Source: Octopus sinensis
Taxonomy: Eukaryota
Length of the DNA: 64,000 bases
Direction: 5' to 3'
NCBI RefSeq assembly: GCF_006345805.1
Contig: NC_043021.1
Span: 7,378,001 to 7,442,000 of the forward strand
Positions 1 to 14,400 of this stretch are shown piece after piece. Made by a program: the position numbers and the translations under genes. Numbering within the stretch: position 1 is the first letter of the stretch; each line of letters starts with the position of its first letter. The notes under the pieces are model-generated. The model had not been told where the DNA came from. It worked only from the letters and a program-made list of their open reading frames with translations, and did not search any database.

Positions 1-28
1 TATTATTATTATTATTATTATTATTATT

Positions 29-265
29 AAGACGGTGAGCTGGCAAAGTTTTTAATACGCCGAGCGAAATGCTTAGCGGCATTTCGGTCGTCTTTGCGTT
101 CAGAGTTCAAATTTCGCCGGGGTCGACTTTGCCTTTCATTCTTTCAGCATCGATAAACTAAGTACCAGCATCGATAAACTAAGTACCAGTTACACACTGG
201 GGTCGATGTCATCGACTTAATCCCTCCCCCAAAATTTCAGGCCTTGTGCCTAGAGTTGAAAGGAT
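29..265 (+). mobile_element. tRNA-derived SINE family B (~230 bp)
   Basis: A-box-like TGGCAAAGTTTTTA, B-box GAGTTCAAATT and core GCCTTTCATxCTTTC..TCGATAAA..AGTACCAG; many related copies in the window; follows (TAT)n. Confidence 0.9.
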
Positions 266-281
266 TATTATTCTTATTAAT

Positions 282-362
282 AAGGCGGCGAGGTGGCAGA
301 ATCGTTAACACGACAAAATGCTTAGCGGCTTTTAGTCTGTCTTTACGTTCTGAGTTCAAATT
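282..362 (+). mobile_element. SINE B, 5' head only
   Basis: AAGGCGGCGAGGTGGCAGAATCGTTA...GAGTTCAAA matches other B heads. Confidence 0.85.
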
Positions 363-364
363 GT

Positions 365-681
365 CAAGAAATGTAAAGAAGTGAAAAGAAGGAGGTTAAG
401 AAGAAAAAAGAAACAAACAAATAAACAAAAAAGAAAAATAAAGAAGGAAAGAAAGAAAGAAAAGAGGAGAGAAAGGAGGAAAGAAAAAAATAAAGGAACA
501 AGAAAAGAAAGAAAGAAGGAAGGAAAGAAAATAAGAAAGAAAGAAAGGATGGTGGGAGGGAGAAAGAAAAAACGAAAGCAATAAGAAAAAAGGAAAGAAA
601 AAGAAAGAAAAAAGGAAGAAAGAAGGAGAGAAAGAAAGGAAGGAAGAAAGGAAAGAAAGAAAGGAAGAAAGAAAGAGTGAT

Positions 682-745
<64 letters not shown>

Positions 746-810
746 ATAATAAAGAAAGTTAGATAGAAAGGAAGAAAGGAAGAAAGAATGGAAGAATGAA
801 TGAACGAAAA
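365..810. repeat. purine-rich (GAAA)n/(GA)n low-complexity tract
   Basis: Directly visible; explains the spurious F/L/S-rich and K/R-rich ORFs. Confidence 0.95.
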
Positions 811-1199
811 CGAAGAGTGGTGAATGCGCGGCAAAGATCCAGGAGACTGAACTGGGATTTTCGCGTCCAGATGCGTGCCATTTTGGATGCATTCTGTGGT
901 CGACAACAGAGATTAGTTAATTTGTCAAAGAACTTAGAGTGATTGAGTGGAAGGAAGAGGATGGAGTGGGGAATGGTGTGTGTGTGTGGCAATAGCGGGA
1001 GCTGGGGTTGTGGAATGGTGTACGAGTGAGGGAGGAGGAGGAGGCGGTGGCTTTCACCATTTTAGGTAATTATTTGTGGAAGTCAGTTGGATTGATGCGA
1101 AACGAAATTGCCCCATGGGCCAGCTAGCAGAATAGCTAAGTTGCTTAATTTGTAACGGTTAGCGGGTGGGGTGGGTAGTGAATGCAATAATCATTTGTA

Positions 1200-1410
1200 A
1201 TTTAGGACAAAGGCAACAATTTATATTCATTTTTTTTTAACTGGGGAAAATAGCTAATCGATTAAATCGAACCCTGTACTTCACTAGTGAATTATTTTAT
1301 CTGCTAATTTGACCCTGGTGGAGTTTGAACACAGAACGTAAAGAGGTGGAACAAACAGCTCAAAGCATTTCTTGTGGCTCTACTGATTCTCCCCCTTTGC
1401 CGCCTTGCAT
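1200..1410 (-). mobile_element. diverged SINE B
   Basis: GGAGTTTGAACACAGAACGTAAAGA...GCCGCCTT is the reverse complement of the B head. Confidence 0.65.
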
Positions 1411-1636
1411 AGGGGTGTAATAACAGTTTCAAGTTTTGACACAAGACCAGTAACCTAAGAGGGGCCGGTAAATCGACCCCAACGTTTCAGTGACCTTAAA
1501 ATCCTGCTAATAAAAGTATTAAGACAACCAACAGCAGTTGAATGGAATTAAAGACGTTATTCACAAGAAAATCCAAAGACACAGTAATCGGTGATATCCA
1601 ATGATAATTGCTAACAATTGCAAACCAAATTTTTTG

Positions 1637-2033
1637 TTAGGAGTGGCTGTGTGGTAAGTAGCTTGCTTACCAACCCACATGGTTCCGGGTTCAGTCCCAC
1701 TGCGTGGCACCTTGGGCAAGTGTCTTCTACTATAGCTTCGGGCTGACCAAAGCCTTGTGAGTGGATTTGGTAAACGGAAACTGAAAGAAGCCCGTCGTAA
1801 ATATGTATGTATATATGTGTGTGTGTATATGTGTTTGTGTGTCTGTCTGTCCCCCTAGCATCGCTTGACAACCGATGCTGGTGTGTTTACGTCCCTGTAA
1901 CTTAGCGGTTCGGCAAAAGAGACCGATAGAATAAGTACTAGGCTTAGAAACTATAAGTCCTAGGATCGATTTGCTCGACTAAAGGCGGTGCTCCAGCATG
2001 GCCACAGTCAAACGACTGAAACAAGTAAAAGAG
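1637..2033 (+). mobile_element. tRNA-derived SINE family A (~400 bp, CORE-like motif, internal TA/TG microsatellite)
   Basis: TGGCTGTGTGG A box, GGGTTCAGTCCC B box, ACCTTGGGCAAGT CORE-like motif, tail TGAAACAAGTAAAAGAG; at least 14 copies. Confidence 0.92.
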
Positions 2034-2249
2034 AGAGAGATAGAGATATCGATAACAGTAGAGGGCTAGTACTTAGAAAGACTACTCAGACGTCATCGCG
2101 AGATACAAATTCAAAACATAAATTAGTGAAAATAGATACCATATGTTTTTTTTTATCCACTTTTCTTTCGACTTTGTCAACCGAACTGGAACAACTAATT
2201 ACAATTATAAATCTTTTGCCTAAATTAGAAACAATAATTATTGCTACAC

Positions 2250-2900
2250 ATTGGTATATTCAAACTAGAGTTATTATTGTGGTTGTAATAGTCGCGACAT
2301 TCAAAACTTAGAATGCTTTCATCAACAAAAGCTTCGTTCAATCTTTGGTTTCAAATGGGGATATTATGAAACCAACAACAAAGTCCTGGAAAGAGCAAAC
2401 AGTCAAAGCATCGAATCGCTGAAAATGAAACACTGTCTTCGATGGTCAGAACATGCAGTAAGAATGGAAGAGTCAAGGTTTACACGCCAAGTCTTATTCA
2501 GTAAGTTCGCTTCAGGGAAAACACCATGGAGTTGTCCTCTTCGAAGATACAAGGACTAACTCAAAGCAACACTGAAAGCAACTGGAATTGAGCCTAAATC
2601 ATTTGAAATACAAGTCCGAGATCTACCAAGTGGCGATGTTCCATCACCATCGGAACCAAAAGCTTTGAAGCCATCAGAAGAGAAACGAAAGAAATCGAAT
2701 GACAGGAGAGAAAGGCTCAACAAAATCAACCTCGTCCTCCACCAACATTACCATAAAGTCAATGCCATTGATACTCCTATGTAAGGGCTTGTCTACAGAC
2801 TCATCAACGGCTTCACCAGAAAGGAAGCATTCAGTAAAAAAAGACACTAAATTCTCGGATACGCGATAAAGCCACCGCCGGAGACGACGACGATGAGGAT
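2250..2900 (+). pseudogene. RTE-clade LINE ORF2 3' fragment (decayed)
   Basis: Frameshifted translation ECFHQQKLRSI..TNNKVLERANSQSIES..LRWSEHAVRMEESRFTRQVLFS..RRYKD*LKATLK, typical of the RTE C-terminus. Confidence 0.8.
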
Positions 2901-3425
2901 TAACCACAACATTCGTTCTACTCGTAAGCGCCTATCGCATTCGGCCATGTTCGTAAAATTTTGAGCCGAATACTTTATTAAATCTTCAGAGGCAGATTGA
3001 TTTTATTTCGTCGTCCATACCAAGAATATTCTCCTAATTAGTTATTCTCCGTTTTGTAATGGTGCTTGTTCTTTCCTCTTGAACCACCGTACATATAAGT
3101 TGACACAAGGAAAGAGCATTAATCCTTCGACCATAAAGAAAAGTTAAGTCTAAGGATTCTAAATGCCATCACTTAATTGTTATCGGAACACTGGAATTGT
3201 GAATAGAAGCGTTAATTAAGTGTTAAATGTTATAGGTGGCCATGACTTCGACTCCTGGGTCCCCTGGGTTAGTTAATTTATATATACTCTTGTACCAGCA
3301 ACATATATCAACTCGTATGAACAACGGAACGAGAACAATTTACACCTGTTTATTAAAATAAAGGGTTCGCTTGAAACTTCTGAAAGCATTAAAGGATACA
3401 GTCACCTGACAGAAGAGACAAACAG

Positions 3426-3463
3426 TCACCTGACGGAGGAGACAAACAGTCAAAATGTTGTGA
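3426..3463 (+). ncRNA. decayed minimal hammerhead ribozyme (Penelope-type)
   Basis: TCAC-CTGACGG-aggaGAC aaaca GTC-AAAA-TG-TT-GTGA: stems I and II present; CGAAACG appears decayed to CAAAATG at both CpGs. Confidence 0.45.
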
Positions 3464-3850
3464 TCCAAATGAGGATACTAATATGAATGTATCAATGCGT
3501 GATTTTAGAAATTCTTAGAAATTCTCTCAGCGCTATTACTTTGGCAAATACGGCGTGAAGTCTATGTTTTGCTGATGAGATTAGATGATAGAGCAGAATA
3601 TATGTCTGAAATTGTCTCCCGTACTTACAGAAATGATTAAAATTATATTTTTTTAAATAAATAAAATCAGCAAAGGGAAATAACTCAAGAGGGCCAATGA
3701 CATCAATTTAAATACGTAAGTTAAGAGATGAAATATTCAAATATTTCCGCAAATATTTTCTCGATTAATAGTAATTCACTCCTTAGTTGAATATTCTTTC
3801 AAAAAACTTTTCTTTTAAATATTCCAATATTTAATTGTTTTCCATACTTA

Positions 3851-3886
3851 CAGTTGAAGAAGTCTCAATGACTGAAACCGGTACTG
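3851..3886 (+). ncRNA. minimal type I hammerhead ribozyme (C3U variant)
   Basis: CAG-TTGAAGA-AGTC tcaat GACT-GAAA-CCGG-TA-CTG; palindromic stem III ACCGGT. Confidence 0.65.
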
Positions 3887-4053
3887 AAATGTTTTTTATA
3901 AAATATTTTAGCATTTTCTACCTTGACTTTTTTGCATATATATATCAACTCCTGTGTTCCTTATCTACACACACACACACACGCACTAACCACTTGGTGT
4001 TAAATTGATGGTACTATTAAATTAGTATCCAATTTTCTCACCCTTATTAGTTG

Positions 4054-4104
<51 letters not shown>

Positions 4105-4359
4105 TATATACTGGGTTCAGAAAGAGCCTTCAAAAATTATACCCTAATTTATGAAAGTTACTGCTTCGATATTATTGAATGTTTTGTAGCGGAATATCCA
4201 CAAGCTCTTACTGCCAGGCTTCGGCCCCAAAAGTTATAATATAGTCTAATATACTCATCGACTTTCTCGTAAAATTTATATGTGAGAACACATACTTTGT
4301 CTTTATGTATCTTCTATTCCCTTTCGTCCTATAGATGTCCTATAGACACACAGCTTTTT

Positions 4360-4801
4360 GAATCTTTTCGGTTTGAACGGCAGTTTTTTCTAGCGGTGTC
4401 ATATCAAATTGTCACCCATGATTATGACCCTAGTATCGATCTATTGCATTTCAATCAGTTTTAGGGTTAGGGTTAGTTAGGGTTAGGTTTAGGGTTAGGG
4501 GTGGGGAAATGGGTATCTTTTTTTTCTTCAGAAATGTAAATAAACCCAATCTGTTTCTTAAACGAGGGACATATTCATACGGCACAGAATGTTCTTTTTA
4601 CCTCAATGGACGTCAGTGATTGGTTGAAATTGCAGAAATTGAAGACAAAAAACAACAAATATCTTACAAACTAAAGAATTTTCTCAATAAAGCCAAGAGA
4701 AAAAGATGTTTTATAAACACATTCTACCAGAATACGAAGTTTAAAATTTTTTAGTTACCTAAAAATTATGTTAAGAACTGCCGTTCAAACCGAAAAGATC
4801 C
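4360..4801. mobile_element. MITE with 29-bp TIRs, 8-bp TSD and internal (TTAGGG)n
   Basis: GAATCTTTTCGGTTTGAACGGCAGTTTTT vs AAGAACTGCCGTTCAAACCGAAAAGATCC; flanks AGCTTTTT/AGCTCTTT; TTAGGG run at 4461-4500. Confidence 0.85.
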
Positions 4802-5341
4802 AGCTCTTTCGCTAGCATGTAGGTGAAACATGACAAAATAAAGTCAAACATGGATGAAAAAAACAGCTTTTTTTAATAAAATTATATATTCTTTAGACGC
4901 ACAGCTACTCACTGTAAATCGTTGTATTGCTCTACGCTCAAATGATGAGGCAGGTATTCAGACTGACGGTCATATGATAAACTAAGTATGTTTTGCTTAT
5001 TAAAATTTTCCTTTTCTAATGTATAAAATTACGTTGCAAAGTCTATAATGAGATATGCATTGTTGAAGCTCTGCAATAATACACTAAGAACACGTACTTA
5101 AATTTTATGTACCTTCCGTCTTTATTTAGTACCTAGTAGTTGTTATTTTCATTGAAATCGGAAGCATTTCAAATCTCACAGGGGGTGTTTGCCCCGCTTT
5201 AAGTCTCCTAATCGGAATGGAAAGCAAATTTTAGGTTGCTCATCGTCTTTCTTGTAAAATTTTGCACGAGAACACATACGTAGTTTTTACGTATCTTCTA
5301 TTCTATAGTTGTACAGACACACGGACACACAGACGTTGAGC

Positions 5342-6965
<1,624 letters not shown>

Positions 6966-7435
6966 CATTTCTATAGTGGATCATTACCAATCTTTGATTG
7001 TTATTTGTTTGTTCTTGACTAAGTCTATTATTCCAATTATTCTGAAATGTTCCACCTCGCCAATTACCCCCTCCCCCCACTTTTTCTTTCTCCCCCCCCT
7101 TCTCTCTCTCCCACTGTTTCTCTTTTGTCACTCTCTCTCTCTCTCTATCATTGATATCGACCTCTTTTTTTGAACCCCCCCTACTTCTCTGGCATTAGCT
7201 GTCTCTTTATATTCCTCTTACAATACTAAATATACTATTACATGCATTCAACACTAGGTATCATACTAATCACTAATACTCTGACTCCTACTCCATTAAA
7301 CACTACTGTCGTGACCACCACTACTATAAACTCCACTTCCCCAACCACGACATTAGCCCCAACGGCATTAACCACTCCCACTATGTACTAATAATTGGAT
7401 AATACTAAAATGAGATTGGACGGTCACTATTAACT

Positions 7436-7759
7436 GGCACTCCGTCTGTTACGACGACGAGGGTTTCACTCGATTCGATTAACCGAACAGACTGCACTTG
7501 GAATTAACGTGCAAGTGGATGAGCCCTCCACAGATACTTGTACTCTTAACGCAGTTCTCAAGGAGGTTCAGCGTGACACAGAATATAACAATGGTGGTTC
7601 TATGAACTACAGGACCTACATATTTCTGCCAGCTGAGTGGACTTGAGCAACGTGAAATAGAGTGTCTTGCTCAAGAACACAATATGTCACCGGGAATAGA
7701 ACTCACGACTTTGCGAACATTAGCCGAATGCCCTAACCACTAAACCAAGTGCCTTCACA
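7436..7759 (-). mobile_element. SINE of C superfamily (tRNA head, CORE-like middle, C tail)
   Basis: Reverse complement of the C tail (CCCTCGTCGTCGTAAC..GACGGAGTGC) and a GTGAAGGCAC..TAGTGGTTAGGGCA head. Confidence 0.8.
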
Positions 7760-8244
7760 ATTAGAACGCCTTTAATCATAAGTCTCCTTGATCAGTACTC
7801 ACATAACACTAATCGGTAAGCCATTACTCTACCCCAGTAGATCAGAATGTGAGACAGAGGAAGGCTTTGATCAGAGTTCTGCAGGATCAGGACTAATTTG
7901 GAACTAAATAACAACAAAATAGCAACTGAGCCTGGGTGACATTGTTGATCAGACAAGAAAAGCAGCCAACTCATGCTCTACCCTACACTGTACTCCTTGA
8001 TATTCAAAGTGCGCAATGGTCGTGGATAGAACACTCTGATCATTGCGTTGTTCTTCACGATCAAGGATGACCTGAAAGTAAGCAAAGACATTATCATCAC
8101 ACCAAACTAAATGTTAGACTAGATGCTCACGGCTAGAACATTTTTGATCATAGTTCTGGTGGATTAGAGTTGACCCGGGGCTAAGCAATAACAGTAACAA
8201 CGCCACCAACAACGCCACCAACATGAGCCAAGAATGACGTCTCT

Positions 8245-8433
8245 TTTATTCTCTTATTCTTTTATTCTCTTATTCTTTTATTCTCTTACTTGTTCCAATC
8301 ATTTTACTGCGGCCTGCTGCAACACCGTCTTAAAATGTTTTTAGTTGAAGAAATCGACCGTAGGACTTATTCTTTGTAAGCCTAGTACTTATTCTATCAG
8401 TCTATTTTGCCGGACGTAAACACACCAACATCG
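8245..8433 (-). mobile_element. SINE A 3' fragment
   Basis: GGACTTATTCTTTGTAAGCCTAGTACTTATTCTATC is the reverse complement of the A body. Confidence 0.8.
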
Positions 8434-8643
8434 GATATTTGTCCTCATCTTGTTTGTTGTTAACACAACGTTTCAGCCTTCATCTCCAGCCTTCTTCAGG
8501 TGTCTCAGGGAAATTTCAAACATGGGTTCTCATTCCTAAGGTATGGCATATGGCGTAGTGGTTATGAGCGCGGGCTACTAACCCCAAGATTCCGAGTTCG
8601 ATTCCAAGCAGTGACCTGAATAATAATAATAATAATAATAATG

Positions 8644-8697
<54 letters not shown>

Positions 8698-8880
8698 TCG
8701 AAAAATACCTTAGGAATGAGAACCCAGGTTCGAAATTTCTCCCAGACACCTGAAGAGGGCTGGAGGGTATATCAGCCGAAACGTTGTGTTAACAACAAAC
8801 AAGGTGAGGACAAGTATCCGTCGAATGTAAATAATGTAAATAATGTACATAATTCCTCATCTCTTAAATATAGAACTGTA
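8433..8880 (+). mobile_element. tRNA-headed element with Penelope-like terminal repeat and inverted partial copy
   Basis: 8433-8544 is the reverse complement of 8705-8820; between them a tRNA-like head (A box 8551-8561, B box 8596-8605) and (TAA)n. Confidence 0.75.
8746..8789 (+). ncRNA. minimal type I hammerhead ribozyme
   Basis: ACAC-CTGAAGA-g-GGCTG gagggtatat CAGCC-GAAA-CG-TT-GTGT; palindromic AACGTT stem III. Confidence 0.75.
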
Positions 8881-8964
8881 AGAGCAGCCACATTTCTTCA
8901 AATTGTAGCTAGTTTATTAAGAGTCCCCCGCCAAAAAAAACGAAGGACATTGTCTAATGTAATC

Positions 8965-9009
<45 letters not shown>

Positions 9010-9541
9010 TGTGTGTGTGTGTGCGTGTGTGCGTGTGCGTGTGTGTGTGTATGTAGACATTATGAGTTGTTCATAACTGAAATACCTTTGATCATAGGCC
9101 AGCTCAACCAGAGCGTACCTGGGGTTAAACGACAAAATTACTGCAAGACCATCATAATCATCACAATCACCATCATCATCATCATCATCACAACTATGAC
9201 TACAATCATCATCACCATCACCACTACCGCCACCACCACCACCACCACCACCACAACTGGAGCCAATACGACGACAGCGTCAACACGACCGCGACCAACA
9301 CCAATATCTTCATCATCAAACAATGTCTTTGATCCTTGACAGCTGTACAGTCAGTGTAGAATTTCTATGGAAGTCTTTTGAGAACAAATCCACTAATTGG
9401 ATTGGTGGTTCAAGCAAATTGTCCGAATGTATACTTTGAGTGTGTCAGTTTACAGTATATATGCAATTATGCGTAAATACACACACACACACACGCACAC
9501 ATATGTATTTGCAAACATATATGTATATATATATTCTTATA

Positions 9542-9594
<53 letters not shown>

Positions 9595-9707
9595 GTATGT
9601 ATATATATATATGTATATATACGTGACTAGGCAAAGGACAAGACACTTCCCCGTTACTCACCGTTTAATTTCCTTCATCTAAACTTTTCCTTCTTCTGTC
9701 CATATAA

Positions 9708-9743
9708 CTTTCTGAAGAAGAACTGAAATTCGAAGCGTCAAAG
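9708..9743 (+). ncRNA. minimal hammerhead motif, A15.1 mutated (family D repeat ~9625-9845)
   Basis: CTTT-CTGAAGA-a-GAA ctgaaa TTC-GAAG-CG-TC-AAAG. Confidence 0.55.
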
Positions 9744-9842
9744 ACACTTCCACTTTCTTAATTTCTCATCGAGCGTCAAACATATTATTACGTCTCGCTT
9801 GCACTTTTTAATCGTGACTCGCATACTTAATTTTGAATAGGC

Positions 9843-9888
<46 letters not shown>

Positions 9889-10086
9889 TGCGTGTGTGTG
9901 TGTGTGTCTGTCTGTCTGTCTGTCTGTCTGTGTGTACATATACACGAACATATTAATGCAAATATTCTGAGTCTTCTGTGCATAGCTTGTCTAGTAATTG
10001 ATTTCAGGGATTTTAAGACAAAAAAAAAACAGGCTACAAATGTATTGACACTTTTTCTTTTATACTTTTAATTTAAATGTTATCAT

Positions 10087-10124
<38 letters not shown>

Positions 10125-10166
10125 CACACAAAGGCATATGTGTGTATGTATATGTATATGTATATA

Positions 10167-10583
10167 GGCGCAGGAGTGGCTGTGTGGTAAGTAGCTTGCA
10201 ACCAAACCACATGGTTCCGGGTTCAGTCCCACTGCGTGGCATCTTGGGCAAGTGTCTTCTGCAATAGCCCGGGCCGACCAATGCCTTGTGAGTGGATTTG
10301 GTAGACGGAAACTGAAAAGAAGCCCGTCGTATATATGTATATGTATATATATATGTATGTGTGTGTTTGTGTGTCTGTGTTTGCCCCCAGCATTGCTTGA
10401 CAACCGATGCTGGTGTGTTTACATCCCCGTCACTTAGCGGTTCGACAAAAGAGACCGATAGAATAAGTACTGGGCTTACAAAGAATAAGTCCCGGGGTCG
10501 ATTTGCTCGACTAAAAGGTGGTGCTCCAGCATGGCCGCAGTCAAATGACTGAAACAAGTAAAAGAGTAAAAGAGTAAAAGAGT
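10167..10583 (+). mobile_element. SINE A, full length
   Basis: Near-identical to other A copies; (AGTAAAAG)n tail. Confidence 0.93.
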
Positions 10584-10608
10584 ATATATATATATATATA
10601 TATATATA

Positions 10609-11346
10609 TGGGTCTTGAACTTTTCGTCTAAAACACTTCGGTCTAATGCTCTATAGTCTAAAGACATTTTTGTCTAAACTCACTATAGACTAACTATTTT
10701 GTCTATAGAATCTCAAAAAAATGTGAAAAGAACTCTAACTATACTCTAATAATCCTTCTTGTACAAACTGCATAAATTTCAGTTTTCTAACAATCATATT
10801 TGTACAAAGAACTATCGCCTAATGATAATTTCGGTATGATTTCTTTGTTTTACGACACTAACTACATAAATTTCAGTTTCTTCGTTAAGTCGTTTAGATA
10901 TATCTCGATGTTTTTGAGTTATAAAGCTTATTATTCATTCTTCGTATTTTAGTTACAGATTAAACCCCAACATGGATAGTACTATACATTTTGTGAAAAC
11001 TTTGCTATGATGGCTACCATTATACGAAGAATAACTCAGCTAAAAGCGCTACTTATTGGCAATGGGAAAATCTCAGCCGTCTTATCTTAAGCTGAAATCA
11101 TAAAGTTATAAAACCTTCAGAACACAGCCATGCAGGCGGTAGTGAAAAAGTGCATGTGTGTGTTCCAAGCATTAATCAAAATTAAAGAAAAAGCTCTTGC
11201 AACATCAGAAACGCATGCAGCCAATAATTTCTGACGCAATTAGTGAGGTCCCGGAAGTGTCTTTAGACGAAAATGCTTTTAGACCAAAGTGTCTTAGCCT
11301 AAAGTGGTTTAGACCAAAGTGTTTCAGACCAAAGTGCCGTATCCCA
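10609..11346 (+). mobile_element. non-autonomous MULE/FLYWCH-type DNA transposon with repetitive subterminal inverted repeats
   Basis: GGG...CCC ends; tandem (GTCTAAA) repeats at left mirror (TTAGACCAAAGTG) at right; internal YDGYHYTKNNSAKSATYWQ...KPSEHSHA resembles a FLYWCH zinc finger. Confidence 0.6.
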
Positions 11347-11352
11347 TGTGCA

Positions 11353-11449
<97 letters not shown>

Positions 11450-11551
11450 TCCAAACAAGAAAACACAGAAAAAAAGAGAAAAAAAACACAGCAACGCGAG
11501 GACGTGGAACAATTAAAGTATTATTGACGCTCAGGAAAGAAGGGAAGGAGG

Positions 11552-11586
11552 GTTTAACGTTTCGAGCGGAGCTCTTCGTCGGAAAC
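11552..11586 (-). ncRNA. minimal hammerhead motif, U4C variant (family D repeat ~11445-11665)
   Basis: Minus strand GTTT-CCGACGA-a-GAGC tcc GCTC-GAAA-CG-TT-AAAC. Confidence 0.6.
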
Positions 11587-11679
11587 AAGGAGAAGGAAAG
11601 ATCCCAAGAAGGGAAGACAGAGGAAAACATATTTTTGCTGGTGGTGCTCAAGAGATCACATATTGAAATATATATATAT

Positions 11680-12065
11680 TCTCTTTTACTCTTTTACTTG
11701 TTTCAGTCATTTGACTGCGGCCATGCTGGAGCACCGCCTTTAGACTTATTCTTTGTAAGCCCAGTACTTATTCTATCGGTCTCTTTGCCGAACGACTAAG
11801 TGACGGGGACGCCGTAAAAACACCAGCATCGATTGTCAAGCAATGCTAGGGGGACAAACACAGACACACAAACATACATATATATATATATATACATATA
11901 TACGACAGGCTTCTTTCAGTTTCTGTCTACCAAATCCACTCACAAGGCATTGGTCGGCCCGGGGCTATAGCAGAAGACACTTGCCCAAGATGCCACGCAG
12001 TGGGACTGAACCCGGAACCATGTGGTTGGTTAGCAAGCTACTTACCACACAGCCACTCCTGCGCC
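11680..12065 (-). mobile_element. SINE A
   Basis: Reverse complement of the A consensus with a small deletion. Confidence 0.92.
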
Positions 12066-12075
12066 TATATATATA

Positions 12076-12232
12076 ACATGGTTTCATTGTTACTATTTAC
12101 ATTACGTAAATGTCCACAAATCCTCTCGGGAGGACGTCTCGTGTATAGTTCTGCAAATTATATTTTCCATGACGGTCACACTGAGGATTTGCGGACATTT
12201 ACGTAACGTAAATGGTAACAATGAAACCATGG
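12076..12232. mobile_element. small MITE, ~50-bp TIRs, TA flanks
   Basis: CATGGTTTCATTGTTACTATTTACATTACGTAAATGTCCACAAATCCTC vs GAGGATTTGCGGACATTTACGTAACGTAAATGGTAACAATGAAACCATG. Confidence 0.8.
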
Positions 12233-12579
12233 TATGTAACTAATCACTATATTTCGTATCTTTTCATTTGTCTTTCTCGCTCTACGGTCTGGCGTTTGTC
12301 GAATTTTCTTGTCGTCTGCCTTTAGCATATTAGAAATCCACCAAGTGGTCGTTCCTCTTATATGTATGTAATATAATTTTCTGAATCTTCAGATTTTTTT
12401 CAATATGCTAGGCCACTGATTTAAATTGATATTCATCTAATTAATAGCAATTTTTACCCTCATTATTTAAATTCATATATATATATATATATATATTCTT
12501 TTATTCCCTTATGTTTCGGCACTAAGGCTGTAGCCATGCTTGGGCACGACCAATGAAAATTGAAGGGAACATCCGGGTA

Positions 12580-12607
12580 TACACACACGCACACCACACA
12601 CACACAC

Positions 12608-12652
<45 letters not shown>

Positions 12653-12694
12653 ATAGACAGACAGGCAGACAGATAGATAGACAGACAGACAGAC

Positions 12695-12728
<34 letters not shown>

Positions 12729-12735
12729 ATAGATT

Positions 12736-12797
<62 letters not shown>

Positions 12798-13295
12798 GTG
12801 CAGCTACAGTAATAACTAACTTAAAGTAAAACGAAAGAGGATGGCCAGAAAGGTCAATAACAGCCAACTGGAATGCATGCACACAGAATGCATGCACACT
12901 CCCTACGTATCGGCATGACGACGTTGACAACGACGACGACGACTACCACCACCACCACCACCACCACCACCACCACCACCACCACCGCAACCACTGTCCC
13001 TTGTGGCAAAGCAAATTTGTCAGAAAATGACAGACACCATTTTGAAAAACGCGTAGAAATCAAACAAAACTGATTTTCCTCGGCTGTCAGTTTTATTTGT
13101 AAAACATTTTATTGAAAATCGTCAACGTGGATTATTTCATTGAATTCAAACGGCATAATGTTTTGATATAATTCTTTTCTTTTTTCAATATATACAAAAA
13201 CGGTGGAATTCAAACAAAGACTAATTCGGATTCGTTAACACACACAGCGGGAGAGATAAAGAAAAGACGTTATTTTCTGTCAGTAGGAATCTAGT

Positions 13296-13345
<50 letters not shown>

Positions 13346-13581
13346 GTGTGTGTGCGTGTGTGTGTGTGTTTTGCTTTATTTTTAATGCAATCCACCCACT
13401 GTTTTTTTGCCTGTTCCCTAATATTTCTTGTGTACGTTCGTTGTTCTCCTCTTGGGCATAAATGCGATGTCGTGACCTGACTATAAATTGGTAGGCGTCA
13501 AGTTATTCATTGCCCTTTATTATTACATCGACGATGTCTAGATGCGTGTGTAGTGTATATATATATATGTATATATATATG

Positions 13582-13613
<32 letters not shown>

Positions 13614-13662
13614 AACACATATATATTGATCGATAGATAGAAAGGCAGACATATATACAGAT

Positions 13663-13720
<58 letters not shown>

Positions 13721-13996
13721 ATGTATATATATATATGCATGTATGTATGTATATATATATGTATTACGTATGCATATGTATGTATAAATGTATTTGTATG
13801 TATATATTTGTATTTCTCTCTGCATATTTACATACACACACACATAAATACATGTGTATGTACATCTATCTATATCTATATATATGTGTGTGTGTATGCC
13901 TGTTTATATGTATGTGTATCTATCTATTTGTCTATCCATCTATCTATCTATCTATCTATATATATATATATATATATACACTCATACATATATATA

Positions 13997-14049
<53 letters not shown>

Positions 14050-14157
14050 CATACATATATATGTATATATGTATACATGTATGTATGCACGTATGTATGT
14101 ATGCATGTATGTATGTTTGTATACAGTCAAGCAGACACAGACTGGTGTATACATATG

Positions 14158-14189
<32 letters not shown>

Positions 14190-14400
14190 TGTATGTATGT
14201 ATGCAGCATGAATGTATTAAAATGCCCCGAGTATATATGGTATGAAATAATGTATACAAGACGAATAAAACTTCACTTACATAAGCATGTTTGTATGCCT
14301 ATACTTACAAACGTTTATATGCATACGCATATGCATATATGTGTGTGCGTGCATATGTGTGTATGTGTACGTGTATGCTTGTGTGCAGGTGGACGTATTG
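12580..14400. repeat. compound (CA)n/(GATA)n/(ACC)n/(TATG)n microsatellites
   Basis: Directly visible. Confidence 0.9.

Noticed and set aside
356-906. 178-180 aa F/L/S-rich ORFs
   Set aside because: Translation of a (CTTT)n tract
3572-3620. CTGATGAG...TGAAA possible hammerhead
   Set aside because: Stems I-III are not convincing
4461-4500. True telomere
   Set aside because: Short, degenerate and internal to a MITE
8545-8616. Possible tRNA gene
   Set aside because: Acceptor and T stems do not pair properly; treated as a SINE head, as are the C-family heads
8641-9339. 232-aa ORF
   Set aside because: Concatenated microsatellites (poly-I, CV, poly-T)
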